Assembly: GCF_964355755.1 (NCBI RefSeq)
Contig: NC_092673.1
Location: forward strand, 30,811,648-30,875,647
Origin: Antedon mediterranea
Taxonomy: Eukaryota > Animalia > Echinodermata
Reading direction: 5' to 3'
DNA: 64,000 nucleotides
Positions 39,931-53,300 of this stretch are shown here, in pieces. The notes beneath the pieces are model-generated. The model did not search any database and was not told the origin of the DNA. It was given only the letters and a program-made list of their open reading frames with translations. Both the position numbers and the translations under genes were made by a program. The number at the start of each line of letters is the position of its first letter. The stretch's first letter is position 1.

Positions 39931-42900
39931 GTTATCCCAGTTAGTCGATTTGAAAGGCTAAAAAACAAATCATAAGTAATTCATGACCCATAATTATGAT
40001 CCGACTGTTTAGAGGGTTTAGGTTAAGTTATGAAGAAAGATATGCACTGGCATAACACGGGTGAATGCTTAAGTTATTGTATAAACAAGTTTGAAATATT
40101 TACATTGTTGCTTCAGGATAATCACTAGTTTTTGCCACAAAAGCTGTACAGGTGTACAGCAAGATTGATGAATTTAAAATTTCATCGGTGCAGCGAAAAT
40201 GTCAAAACACATAATAATTGAGTGCATAATTGTCAAGTAAATGCACATTCTCCAGCCTCATCAGTGCCTTATACTTTCCGATTTGGGTCAATAAATATTA
40301 TTTTTGTATATAATAGCCTTATGAAATTCATGTAAAGTGTATTATTATACTAATATTATAAAATATTGATAGTTTGGCGTCACGTGATAATCCTCGCTTA
40401 TCGATGCATTTTTAGAGACACTTTTTTTTCCATAATTGTGTTAACCCAATCCCCCCTCCCTTATTTATAACTTAATTACATATGAAAAACATATTAATTA
40501 TTGAACTAAAATTCTGCTTCTTAAAAGGAATGAACATGATATTTTACACCGTACAATCCTTCACTCCATATCTTCTACCGGAATCAGCAACACCAGTTCA
40601 TGGCTTGGTTTAGAAAGCAGCTTGGTTGAACCATCTCGGCTCACTTTTAATTCCACCTTCCGCACCAATTTGTCACTACTTTCAAAAGTGCTTGTGACTC
40701 TTGCCATTGGCCAATTATTTCGATGAATTGCCCTTTCCTTCCTTTGGACGAGGTCGCCCTCCTTCAGACATCGTCTTACACGATGCCATTTCCTTCTACC
40801 GTGTAGAAGGGGAAGATATTCTTTCTTCCACCTGGACCAAAACGTATCGGCCAGGTATTGCACCCTCCGCCATTGCTTTCCAAATAAGTCGTTCTTGGTA
40901 AAACGGATACCAAGAGGGGCCCTCACGTGATTAGACTTTTGAGTCACAATCATATTTGGTGTTAGCACATCAGGAGATTGTGGATCACTTGGTATTGGCG
41001 TAAGCGGTCTTGAGTTCAGAATCACCGTAACTTCTGCCATAAGTGTCGTCATAACCTCATGTGACAGCTGGATAGGTCCTAAGTCGGCAAACATAGAATC
41101 TAGGATGCGTCTGCATATGCCAATCATCCTTTCCCATGTTCCGCCCATATGGGAGGAATGGGGAGGATTAAACAACCACTCACAGGTATTTCTTGACTCC
41201 ACAATCGGTGCTAAGTATACCAATCTCGTTACAGGCTCCCATGAAGTTTGTGCCACAGTCTGATCGAATCTGACTTACTGGTCCACGAATGGCAAGGCGT
41301 TGATGAAGCTTGACGTGTCCATAGACTCTGTAATCTCAATATGAATGGCGCGGCAAGACATACACGTAAACAGTACAGCCCAACGTTTTGCTCTCGCCAT
41401 ACTTCCTCTCGTTTTACGTGATGACACTATCCATGGTCCAAATACATCTAGGCCAACGTACGTAAAAAGAGGGGCCATGGACAAGCGCTCAGCTGGCAAG
41501 TCCGCCATCTTTTGACCAAGTTCCTTGCCTCTACGCTTCTTCCGGCACTTGATACACTTGCTAATGATACTGTCGACCCTTCGTTTCTCCGCCACAATCC
41601 AGTATCCAGCACTTCTAATAGCTCCTCGCGTAAAATGCTTTCCCTGATGTTGACTTGTGCATGGTAATATTGAATGATTAAGTCGGACACGTGATGTGAC
41701 CCTGGTATAATTATCGGGTGTGTGTCCAGCTCTGCCATCCCAGCGTTCTTAAGACGACCGCCAACTCGGAGAAGTCCATTTCCGTCTATGAAAGGGTCCA
41801 ACTTGATGAGCGCACTTGACTTAGGAAGCGAATTAGCACTCTCCAGAAACTCCAGCTCATCTGCAAATACAGCGCGTTGGGTGGCGCCTATAACAATTCG
41901 ACTTGAGTCATCCAGTGTCGTAGATGATGCACATATGTGCCAACCTTTGCACCCATCTGGTTTGGTATGTCTGTGGGAAAATGAACGTGTTATAAAAACC
42001 AAGTTAGAAACTTCTCGTAAAAGTCTGAACCAATCAGAGAACCTTTGAAATCGCTCCGATCCAATCGTGGTGACTTTAGGTTTGGCCACCGTAGCGTACG
42101 TGTGAACCACTGGCCGAACTTCGGGATCTTCTTCTTGGACTGGATATTCGTCGGCTGAATTCAAGTGAAGATACTGGTTACGGAGAAACGCAGGACCAAT
42201 CATCCATTCCGACAACGTCGGATCTGAGGCAGAAATGCCTCTCGAAGCAAGATCGGCTGGATTTTTCCCGGATTCGATGTATTACCATTGAGATGGTTGT
42301 GTGGTTCTGAGAATACGTTCTACTCTGTTGCTAACATATACATAAAATCTTCTTGTTTGATTTGAAATATATCCAAGTACCACACGGCTGTCCGAGTAAA
42401 AAACCATCCTGTCCATTTTCAGGTCTAGTTCATCTGCAATGAGCTCTGCTATGCCAGCACCTAACACTGCGGCGCACAGTTCGAGCCTCGGCACCGTTGT
42501 TGCTTGTTTGGCCTGGGTGCTAACTTCGCCTTCCCGAGAACAAAGCTTACGTAGACGTTTCCACCTTTGTCGGAAACCCGGAGATAGCTGACAGCACCGA
42601 TAGCTTGGGTGGAAGCATCAACGAACGTGTGTAATTCCCGCCTGGTCGCTTCAGTAGTAGGAACAGGTGTATATGCACGAGGGATGCGCACCTCCGACAG
42701 GGTAGGTAACAAAAGCCGCCAGTTGCGCCATGTAGATAGTGTTTGCTCTGGTAAGGAATCATCCCAATTAAGTGAATTATCCCTTGTCTTGTCATCTCAC
42801 GCAACAGCCGTTTACCCTCAATTAAAACTGGTGCGGCAATGCCAAAAGGGTCGTAGATGCTGTTGATTTCGGCTAATGCTCCTCGTTTGGTGAAGGGTCG

Positions 42901-44170
42901 CTCGACTGGACTAATCTTGAAGGTGAAGTCATCACGTTTAATGTCCCAATACACTCCCAGTGACCTTTGAATGGGAGGTTCTTGTGATGTAAAGTCGAGA
43001 TCCCGTAGATCTCCAGCGTGGTCTTCGCCTGGAAACGCATTCATCACCTCGACGTTAGTAGATGCAATTTTGTGGAGTCTCAACTGAACGGTTAACAACA
43101 TCGACTGTGTACGTTTCAACAAGTCAATGGCATCTGTTGGAGTTGGGAGGGACTTCAGGCCATCATCAACGTAGAAACTGTGTTCCACAAACTTTCGGGC
43201 ATCTTCACCAAACCTTTCTGACGCAACTTGAGTAGTTTTACGCAATCCGAATGTGGCAACAGCAGGCGACGGTGCGTTTCCAAATATATGAACCTTCATT
43301 CTGTAATCCATAATATCACTTTCCGGGTCGTTATTCCTAAACCACAGGAATCTCAAGTAATCACGATGCTCTTCCTTCACATGGAAAGAATGAAACATTT
43401 GCTCTATATCTGCCATAAAGGCGACTGTATCTTCTCGAAACCTAATTAGAACGCCGATTAGGCTGTTAACGAGGTCGGGTCCGGTTATCAGCACACTGTT
43501 TAGCGATACACCCAGATATTCAGCACTTGAGTCGAACACGACGCGGATCTTGTCCGGCTTTTTCGGGTGGTACACTCCGAAATGTGGGAGGTACCATCGT
43601 TCTTTGGGTAAGCAACCTGTAGTAACTTGCTCCGCATGACCCTTTACCAACATAGTAGTCATAAACTGAAAATATTGCTGTTTCATCTTAGGCTTTCGTG
43701 AAAAAGACTTCAGCAAGGTACGAAACCGCTTCATCGCTTCGTGTCGGTTGTCGGGTAACGTAGGCCTTGACGAACGGAATGGAAGTGGTGCTACCCAGTT
43801 GCCTGTAACGCCTTTCACAAACCCAGATTCCATTACCTTCAAGAACTGCCTATCTTCCGTAGAGCTACCAATCTTATTGTCATGTTTTGACAGGTTGAAG
43901 ACGTCGCACCCTACATGGTCTGAATATACAGGTGGATGATGAGAAATTCCGAAGAGGTTAGTACAAGGGTTGAAACATGAAGGTCGTCCAGTAGGCATGA
44001 TGTGGGTGAGAAACGTGTTAATGTTGGTGCTATGATGTGATTTCCCTACGCAGACTTCTCCCATTACCACCCATCCGAGGTCCAATCGCTGGCCCCACTG
44101 AGCAGCATCTCGGCAATTACGCACTTCACGCACTTTATGAACTTGCGGTATGTCACGTCCCAGGAGGATT

Positions 44171-44511
44171 CAATACGGCCATACTGCGTTGAAACACCGG
44201 TTCTCGTCAGATCACCGAAGTTAAGCAACGTTGGGCCCGGTTGCGTTCTGGATGGGAAACCGTCTAGAAATCGTGGCGGGTGCTGTATATACTGGAGAGT
44301 GATGGTGTAATGGTAATATCGGACTAGCATGTGATAGGCATGGGTTCGAGGTTATCTGTACCATACTAATTGCATCCTTAGGCAAGATGCTTTACTGTCA
44401 TTGCCTAATCTGGTAGGCGCTGCACTGCTGGCTGCCGTGGGTCCGTGGAGGGCCTAATCCGAATTTCCTCACTGAGGACAAATATTAATACAAAATACAA
44501 AACAAAAAAAA
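44171..44511 (+). mobile_element. Composite SINE: 5S rRNA-derived head + tRNA-like segment + central domain + A-rich tail
   Basis: 44171-44289 resembles full 5S rRNA (tacggccatac..gttgaaacaccggttctcgtc.gatcaccgaagttaagcaacg..gggtgctgta). 44294-44364 has A-box TGGTGTAATGG and B-box GGTTCGAG, then tccttaggcaagatgcttt. Interrupts Pao LDPDADI/ILLGRD. Confidence 0.85.
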
Positions 44512-44865
44512 TGTCTGCGTCAGGGTCGAGATTCGGGATTTCCTTATCAATGGACTTCAGATGCGGATGACATTCAGCTACCTCTGGAGTAGGTATCTCC
44601 GTCTTACAATCAGGAATGGCGTTGCATTCGATTAACTATTAACTATTAACTATTCGATTCGATGACGAGTCCAGTGAGACGACGACCAGATGTGCTTGTA
44701 ACGCCCGAACAAGTCTTAAGTGTGTATGGAACTGGCGCTCCTTCGATCTTCATCAAGTCGAACAGCTTAGACCTAGCGAGTGACCTGTTACTCTGCTCGT
44801 CCAAGACAATATAAGTGGTAATAGCCGTCTCAGGGATGCCCTTCAAATACACACGAGCCAAACAT

Positions 44866-44927
44866 GCGCCTTGAGCACTCTGGAGTGGTATGTGCGCTAT
44901 AAAAATCTTATTATTATTATTATTATT
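44866..44927 (+). mobile_element. 62-bp SINE/L2-type 3' tail with (ATT)n
   Basis: AACAT TSD (44861-65, 44928-32); removal restores CSKICLARVYL. A second copy lies on the minus strand at ~60171-60233. Confidence 0.85.
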
Positions 44928-47900
44928 AACATATCTTGGAACAGGACCTTGCTGTCGGCACTTTGTGGCATATCTTGGTGCACTTATTAGCGAAAACGTT
45001 GCCTTGGGCGCCTTTATCATCAGTAGGAACGTTGACTTGCTCCTCGCTTTGCTGGCTGGTTTCTGTATTCGGCTTATCTACATGCAGGGCGTCCAGGTGC
45101 CGTTTGCTACCACACAATAAACATTCGATGTCGGCTTTACACTGCCTAGCTACGATGCGATGCACCGGAAGCAATACCCCAATTCTTTCAGTAGTGCTCG
45201 TTTCGCATCAGTAGACATCTTGAGGAATGCTCTACAATCACGCAACAGATGATGAGGAGTCTTGTGAATGGGACACTTCGTCTCGACATCGACGTCGGTA
45301 TCGTTGGTTTTGTCAACACCTGTCAACTTAGCCAGGATATTAGCATGGTAGGTAGCTTTGGGCGTAGTCGATCTTTTCGGGTTACTCTGTTTCCCCTGTT
45401 CCACGGCATCGGATACCATCAGGCTCTTGTCGTTTCGTTCTTTTGCCATTTCTGTAACAAACTTGGAGAAAAATGAAAATGGTGGGAATTTACCATCCGA
45501 GTCTTGCTTGTAACGGAAGGCTCGAGGACGCCACTTCTCCTGAAGATCTCGTGACATCTTTGACACCAGAGGATTGACGCCTAGAAATGTATCTAAAATA
45601 GTCAAGTCCGGGAAGACCACCATCAATTCTTGCTTGCTGTACCATTTGTATAGCATCTCCAAACCTCCTCAGTTGCTCGTACTGACTTTTCGGTATATCT
45701 GGAAAATTAAGCAGCTTATTAATTAGAGCTGTAGTTACTATTTCGGGAGTACCATACTTTTCTTCTAGCCGATCCCATACAATAGACAATCCCTTAGCTG
45801 GTTTGGAAATGTGGACGGCCCTTGCACTCCGTACGATCTCGGTAGATTCAGGTCCAGTATACTTTAGAATGAGGTCAATCTGTTCCGATGGCGTCACAGG
45901 AATATCCTGGATTGCGTTATGGAACGATAACTTCCATGCCCGGAAACTTTCAGGTTGGTCGTCGAAGTTTGGTATACAAGCCGTGACGAGATCCCGACGA
46001 GCGTATATACGCATCATGCCTTGAAGAAAGTCAGAAACGTCCCCCTTTGATGAGTCGAGTTTGGTTTCTCCCATAACTGCTTTTGGCTCTGCCATCTTAG
46101 GTGTCGAATGAGTCGGTTTGGTCTGGCTAGGAAGGCTTTCTAAGTATTGTTCTACGAGACGGTTACGCTCAACTGCAGGAACACCATCCAAGGAATCGTC
46201 ACTGAAGTCATCCACATTGCAGAGGTCCCAACTTGGGAAAGTCCATTTGCAGGAGATTTTGTCGTGAACCACATTCAATACATCGGGGCGTCGAAAGTCA
46301 ACGCGCGGGGAATCGAAAATCAACACGCGTGTCGTTTACGTCTCTTAATTAACTAAATATGTTACACATACAGTATATACAATATTTACACATAAGTTGG
46401 CTTAATTTTTACATAGGTTTATACATCAGTATTTTTACATTCTAATATTTTTTTATGGACACATCCTCAGTACAAAAAATGTAAAAAATATATACTGTAT
46501 TTTAACTAAAATTCAGTATATAAAACAATTTAACTTAATTACATAATGTACAATAAACACATGATAGTATTGCCCAATAGAATTTACTCATTCTACTTCT
46601 AGGCCCTAGCTAGCTACCATTTTGAAACCCCAAAACAATCGAAATAACTATTCCGAATCCGTCTTATGCTACATTACGCGAGTTAACATATTATTTCCGA
46701 TGAAAAACATTGAGTTTTATATTGTTTTATCCATACGTAATTACACTGGCATTAAAGATATAACATTAAAATGTAGGCCGTTTATGAGCTATTTCGCCGA
46801 TTTCTTATTGCTGGGAAATTCCCCACCAGCGACATTGATCGATCGAGGAGTAGGCCTAGGCTAGAGGCCTAGCGTGCATGCCGGAACGGGTGGATTATTG
46901 CTATATAAATAACAAGTTTGAACAAAAGAGCTTACGAAAATCTTAGGTAAATTTTTATTAAACGTAGGCCTACTTGCTTGGCGAATCCATGCCTTTTAAA
47001 TCATTTAACATGTTCGTATTATCGGATCGTACAGTAAAACCAAATAAAACACCGCCTCAACAACCTCGTGCGATGGATACGGGTTGGGTAGGTTTGGCCA
47101 GTATGCGTACCTTTTTATGGCCAGCGGGCGTCCCGGATATTGCGCAATATGGCCAGCGGGCGTCCAATTATTGCGCAATATTTTTTCAATGGCAGCGTCC
47201 GCTCCGTGCGTGAGATACGTACAATGCGACAGAGGGCGCTATATACATTATTAATTTTATATAATTCAATACAGCATTTGCAAGTAGGGCAAGCCTGAAC
47301 TGAGGCCTCTTAAAGCCTATCTTCTGTTCAGAGCAGGCTAGCCTAAGTTAAACTGATTTAATAAATTATACTACTGTATTTTAGGGCCTAATTAATAAAA
47401 ATAATTCTTAACTTCCTTGCTTATGCCTAGTTAAACTATTATAATGTCAATCAAAAACATTTTAAATGAAAGTTCACATTTAATTTTTTTCATATTTTTT
47501 TTTCTGATGAATAATAATTAATATTAATAATAATTAATTAATAATAAATGTAAATCATATTATATAATAAGGCCTATATAATAATATGGTGAATTATAAA
47601 CATCACAGGGACAAAACAAATTCTAAACCAGACACAGACAATAAATGCAAGAAGAAGTAAAAATCAAACAATTGTTGGGGAAAAACGTATAAATGATATT
47701 ATTTTAACTATCACAAAGTAACACAAAAGAAACACAACAAAGACTATATTACATTCAAAGATTTGTTCAAATATTAATTTTTATTTTAACATTTATATAC
47801 AGTAGGCCAACGAATTGATGAAAAGATCACACTAGCCGTTCAATTATTTAATTATTGTATTTTATCCATGATGTATACAGTATTTAACCTACATAAAAAT

Positions 47901-48589
47901 TATTAAAGAAAATTTTGCCAGATTAAGAATAATTAATTTTTAATTTTTGATTCCATTAAAAAAAAACTTGCTGTATACAAAAAACACATTTAGAATTCCA
48001 AGATTAATTACATGGAGATTTTCTGGTTATACAATATACCACAGTATTTATCAAAGGTGCTGTGTGAGAATAAAGTAAGATCAATAAAAAATATGTAAAA
48101 GGTTATAAAAGTATAAATATTTTAGGTAACAAATAAATGTAAAAATTAAATACATACTATAAAATGCTTTAAAGATGAAGAAAATAAATACGTAGAAATG
48201 TATTAGCTATACCATTAACACCATATTAGTATAAGATAATGTCAATTACAAGAGGCAAAGAAATCAAACACCATAAGTATTCTTTAAATAAAAAGATACA
48301 TTAAGTGGATTTGGTATAAATTATTGTTAATAATTAAAATGGTTTATTATTTATAAGTCAATGAAAAATTGTCAAAAAAAATTATAATTATGCAGTAAAA
48401 ATATTCATTAAGAAAATGATAAAACCTTTATAGGTTACAATTATGTTATGTGCTAATAAAAGTGGCCCTACTAAAGAGAGAAAAATACGGAGGCTAAAAT
48501 GCAAAGGCTATAATGTGATAAATTGTGATATTAAAAATATGAAAACATGTTTTACAAAAAGAATTACAAACAGAAAATGGTAACAAGTA

Positions 48590-48700
48590 ACAAGTTCCAA
48601 GAGGGGCTTGAAAAGAGAAGGCACGTTGACCATATGTTTTGGTTTTGTGCTGAAGATATAGAAATGTCAATAGATGTTTAGAAGATGAACGAATATCAAG
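48590..48700 (-). mobile_element. Small L2-like C-terminal fragment
   Basis: IRSSSKHLL...KTKTYGQRAFSFQAP. Confidence 0.55.
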
Positions 48701-49019
48701 TATTGTTCCCTCATTGCTGTCATTAACCTCAGGGACTAGATAGATATCAGTGGTACTATTATTCAATTTATGTATACTTTTGATAAATGATTGCTGATCC
48801 ATGTTACTTACGTTTTTGGCCATTTAACAGGTATAGTCTAGCTGGAAAACTTTTTGGTAAACGATGAAACAGGCACAGCTGTAATATGAAAAAAAAAATT
48901 TAAAAAAAAATTAGTGAGTTCTTGTATTAATACAGTAGTAACAATAATAATTATACTGACAATTACTGTAGTTGTAGACAACCCTTAGAATAGACAGGAT
49001 TACAATTGTTTTCATAATC

Positions 49020-49960
49020 ATGGACCTAAGCCTAAATACTAATAAAGCTAGCTATGAGATAGGCCTTTCTAGATATGGCCTAGCCAGTCTAGTATTGTAG
49101 GCCTAGCTGGCCTACTAGTATATTAGGTTAGTACTGTAGGCCTGGCTTACTAACTATTAATTATTAGGTTAGTACTGTAGGCCTAGCCTACTACTACTAC
49201 TAGTTACTACTAGCTAGGCAAACTAGGCATAGGCTAGACTATAGCCTAGCTGTCAAGAGAGCTATGCCTTTCCCTAGCCTCTTAATTAAGAAGGGCCTCT
49301 CTTTTTAGTATAGTACTAAACTATATGGTATGGCAGACTTTTTTAAAAATAGGCCTAAGCCTAGGCCTAAATTGGGCTAGCCTAACCTAGCTAGCTAGAG
49401 GTCTACTACTACTATCTAGGTAGATAGGCCCAGCCTATATATTATTATAATACTAATAGTAATACTGGCCTAGTTAGGCTATTCTAGCTAGGCCTAAGCT
49501 AGTAAATCCTAGGCCTAGGCAGGCCTCCTACGAGCTAGCCTAGGCTAGTCCTCCTACCTCTAGGCTAGTCTAGATACTCAGATAGTTTAGGGCCTAGGCC
49601 ATACCCTAGCCACACACACAGAGAGAGTGGTAGTCTTATTTTAGATAGGCCTATAGGCTAGGCCTAATAATAATACAAATAATGCACTAGCCTATAGCCT
49701 GGCCTTAGGCTACAAATAGTACGGGCTAGCTAGGCCTAGCCTATACCCTCCTAGTTAGTAGGGTAGGTAGGCTAGGCCTAGTAGTAGTATTACTAGCTAG
49801 GGCCTACTAGGCCTAACCTAGCCTAGCTAGAGGCATAGACTAGCCTAGGCCTAGCTCTAGCCTAGTAGTAGTAGTAGCTAGTAGGAGGCTAGCGGAGCCT
49901 AACCTAGTAGTAGGATATAGGCTAGGCCTAGCCTAGTAGTAGGCCTAGCCTAGGCTATTA
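49020..49960. repeat. Aperiodic CTAG/TAGGCCTA-rich low-complexity tract
   Basis: Dense ctag, aggcct, tagcta and tagtag words over ~900 bp. Confidence 0.9.
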
Positions 49961-50284
49961 GAACTCAACTTTGTTTATTAAATAATGCTACTAGCCTTTT
50001 CATTTATATTGCCTATAGTGTATGCTCCTTTGTATAGGCAAAAGTGTTTACAGTGGGCCTAGGCCTAGGTTTAAAACAATTTAAACTCTTAAAAATGAAA
50101 ACCGACTCTCTCCCCCGCCGGCGTGTTTTTTTTTTCCAGGACGAACGTGGGCAGAATTCATGAATAATTCATTACCTTAATTATTTTCTATTATAAAGAA
50201 TTGAAAGATAGCTGATCTACTTCCTAAATATACTAAACCTAACCCTCTAAATAATCTCTCTCAACTATTAAAAAAAACATGTTC

Positions 50285-50355
50285 ATGAAAGACCTCGAAC
50301 CGAGGGCTTCAGCGTAATAGGTTAAAGCCTTTACCACTAGACCAAACATTTCGGT
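50285..50355 (-). ncRNA. tRNA-derived (pseudo-tRNA) segment with Pol III A/B boxes
   Basis: Minus strand TGGTCTAGTGGTAAAGGC...GGTTCGAGG; acceptor stem not convincing. Confidence 0.5.
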
Positions 50356-53300
50356 TGGCAAACGTTGTTTACACTAATTATTTAATCTCTCTGCATTCTT
50401 ATATAGCGCCCTCTATAAAGTTCCCTATTATGTCATAATTAATCATGAATTATTCATGATTTTTGCCCACGTTCGTCCTGGAAAAAAAAATTACGCCCCC
50501 CGCCGGCCGCCGATGATCTCGCGCGGAAAATTTAAATATAACGCCCTCTGTGTCGCATTGTACGTACCAAAGATCGTATAGCGCCACGTAGAGTGGCGCA
50601 AGATATGGAACTGACGCTCGAAAAATGATAATTCCATGGGCAGCCATTCCGGCAAGCGGATTACCCAGTAGGCAATGCGACACGCCACCAAATCAATGTA
50701 AACAAATAGGATTTACATCTACGCGATAAATAGTACGACTTTATTTTATCTTTCGCGTCAAAATGAAAGAACATCTATATAAAATTCGATTATATAAATT
50801 TACTCCATTTGATATTACAATACATATGCGTATATCACTGTCCAACCTCAAACGGCTACAGAATAAACACTGACTGTATGGAGGACGAATTTTGTAGGCA
50901 GTCGGTTGAGGCATAGTTATAAATAGTGTCGCGGGGCGCAGCGCGATGCTACGCACTTCACGCCCAAGGTCGGCCGCGTTTGGCCTAGGCTGGGATGATG
51001 GCTTAGTTTATGTGCGAGAGAAGCATTTTTTGGAGATGAATTGTAATAATTGCTAAATATATTGTCCAAAACTGTCTTTTTAATTTTTTTTTTTTTTAAA
51101 TTGATAGGCAGGGGGATGTTCTTTCCCCTGTTCGGACCCTCTCTTTCTATTTTGTGTGCTTCAGGCCTACAAATACAAAGTTATTTCATTGCAAGGGGAA
51201 TTTTACTCCGATCTGCCATAACTGTAGTATACTGTACATAAATTACTAGATACAAAAACAATTGTTACATTTTTTTAATTTCAAAAAAGTGAAAGTATTA
51301 AATATTAATTTTAAAAATTCATAATCATAATTTGTTCTTTTCCACCCACTTTTATTAGCTCAACTTTCAATATTACAGACAGGATTAAAATGCAATAAAA
51401 ATACTGAAAAATCTCACTTTATACAATATTAATAAATAATGATGGAATAATTAAATACACTCAATAAATAAATTACGAATGTATGGTTTTAGCCTTCTTA
51501 AATACAAGGAAAATTCTATTATTTTGATTTCTTGTATTACAAAAGAAGCCAATAGGCCTAAACAACAGTACTGATAATAACTGAATTCTGGTTATTTCCT
51601 TTCACTTTAAAGTATGAGGTGTGTGAAAATAGTGAGTTTATTTGTAATCCCATAGGATACTGCTCCTTTTCAAGAATCAAAAATATAAACTTTTATTACT
51701 ATTATTACTATTGGCCTTTGTATTTAATTCTTGTGTAAAATACCACTTTGCACTCAATCATCTATCTTCTCAATTTTACAGTATGATGACAGACATCTTT
51801 CTGAAATAGGGAAAAATATATCATTAAATTATTTGGTCACTTTTCGAACTGTTACATAATCATTTGATTACTTATGTTATTATAGTATTTTAAAATACTA
51901 TACATTTTTAAATTCAAAACAAAAGTCAATAGCCTACTATTTATTAATATTGTAAGTATTCAAAAATGTTTACATTAATTAACTAAATATTTTTCAAATA
52001 AAGATGAAGAACAAAATAAATATGAGGATCAAATTTATAATTTAAATTTATTAAATAAAAAAAAACAAACAATAACATCCTCACGATTTTTTATTTCATT
52101 ACATTTAATTATTTCTGTTAATGTTATTATTAATAAAACGCTATATTGTCTTGTACATTTTTATTAAAAACTCCTAATTCCCGAACAGCTTCAGTTTTTT
52201 TCTTAATCTTCCATCCATCCAAGCCTTGTTTGATCCATCTATCAAGACGCCAATCAATATCATTCATCCTCCCAGACTTTTTTTTATTAATCATACTAAC
52301 TAAACTAGGCCTAGTATTAGGCATTAAATATGCCTAGGCCTACTACTATCTAGGCCCTAGATCGGATTGCGCAGAAACGCCTGCCTGAACTAAATTTAAA
52401 CAACAATTTAATAATTTTGTTAATGTTTACTAACAAAAAAATATATATTCTAAAAACTTACCACTACAATTTACCCAATACAACACGAGAAAACTTCCCG
52501 AACAAACAATAACACGTCACACGTGGATGTGGTTCAATGGTTTATTATACACTTCCGGGGTATGTGATCGCGTAACTTGCTTGCCGGAATGGCTGCCCAT
52601 GGAATTTCACTCATGCGCAGTGTATAAGAGATAGGACTTCCCTATCTTGCGCCACTTCGTGGCGCTATAGTATCTTTGGTACGTACTTCACACACGTCAC
52701 ACGTACGTACGGAGCGGACGCTGCCATTGAAAAAATATTGCGCAATAATTGGACGCCCGCTGGCCATATTGCGCAATATCCGGGACGCCCGCTGGCCATA
52801 AAAAGGTACGCATACTGGCCAAACCTACCCAACCCTGTAGGTGCGATGTGCGATCTGTTGTTCTTTGCAGCGGATCAACATTGGTAGAGTTCATTAATTA
52901 TGAGGGTGTTTAAAAATGTAATAACTATTAAAAAACGTGTCTCAACCACTGTGTAATCAAAGCGTTTATTTAGTTAAAACTTGGATCCTCCCAAAATTGA
53001 TAATCGCGTATTCCGGTTACCACGTGATTGATTCACGGTTGGTTAAGTTGCACGCTTCTTTTTTTTTCTACGTCCGGCGTGTAGTACCGTGCATGTTTAT
53101 ATTATTGTTACGGTTTAACAAAGGCAGTGCATACAAATAAAAATACAATAATAGACCACGGAGACTGCATGAATAGACATTGTTGTTTCAACATCCTGCC
53201 TCACTTTTGTCTGGTTATTGACTATTGTTGACCTGGGCTGAGCCTGGGTGTAACCGTAAATCAATTTGGCCAAAAATATGGGGAAATTTGAAAATGGGGT

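Larger units (their letters stand above)
47076..52840. mobile_element. 5.8-kb TIR element with 8-bp TSD (superfamily uncertain: MULE- or Zisupton-like)
   Basis: ~127-bp identical inverted repeats (47081-47207 / 52709-52835) with internal tggccagcgggcgtcc repeats; GTGCGATG flanks both ends. Confidence 0.8.

Noticed and set aside
40445-40460. Polypurine tract and 3' LTR of the Pao element
   Set aside because: A purine run exists on the minus strand, but no TG-starting sequence matching the 53679 LTR remnant follows.
44171-44289. Functional 5S rRNA gene
   Set aside because: Diverged internal control region and ends, no T-run terminator, fused to tRNA-like and tail parts and inserted in a retrotransposon.
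50285-50355. Functional tRNA gene
   Set aside because: A and B boxes are present, but no convincing acceptor or anticodon stems.
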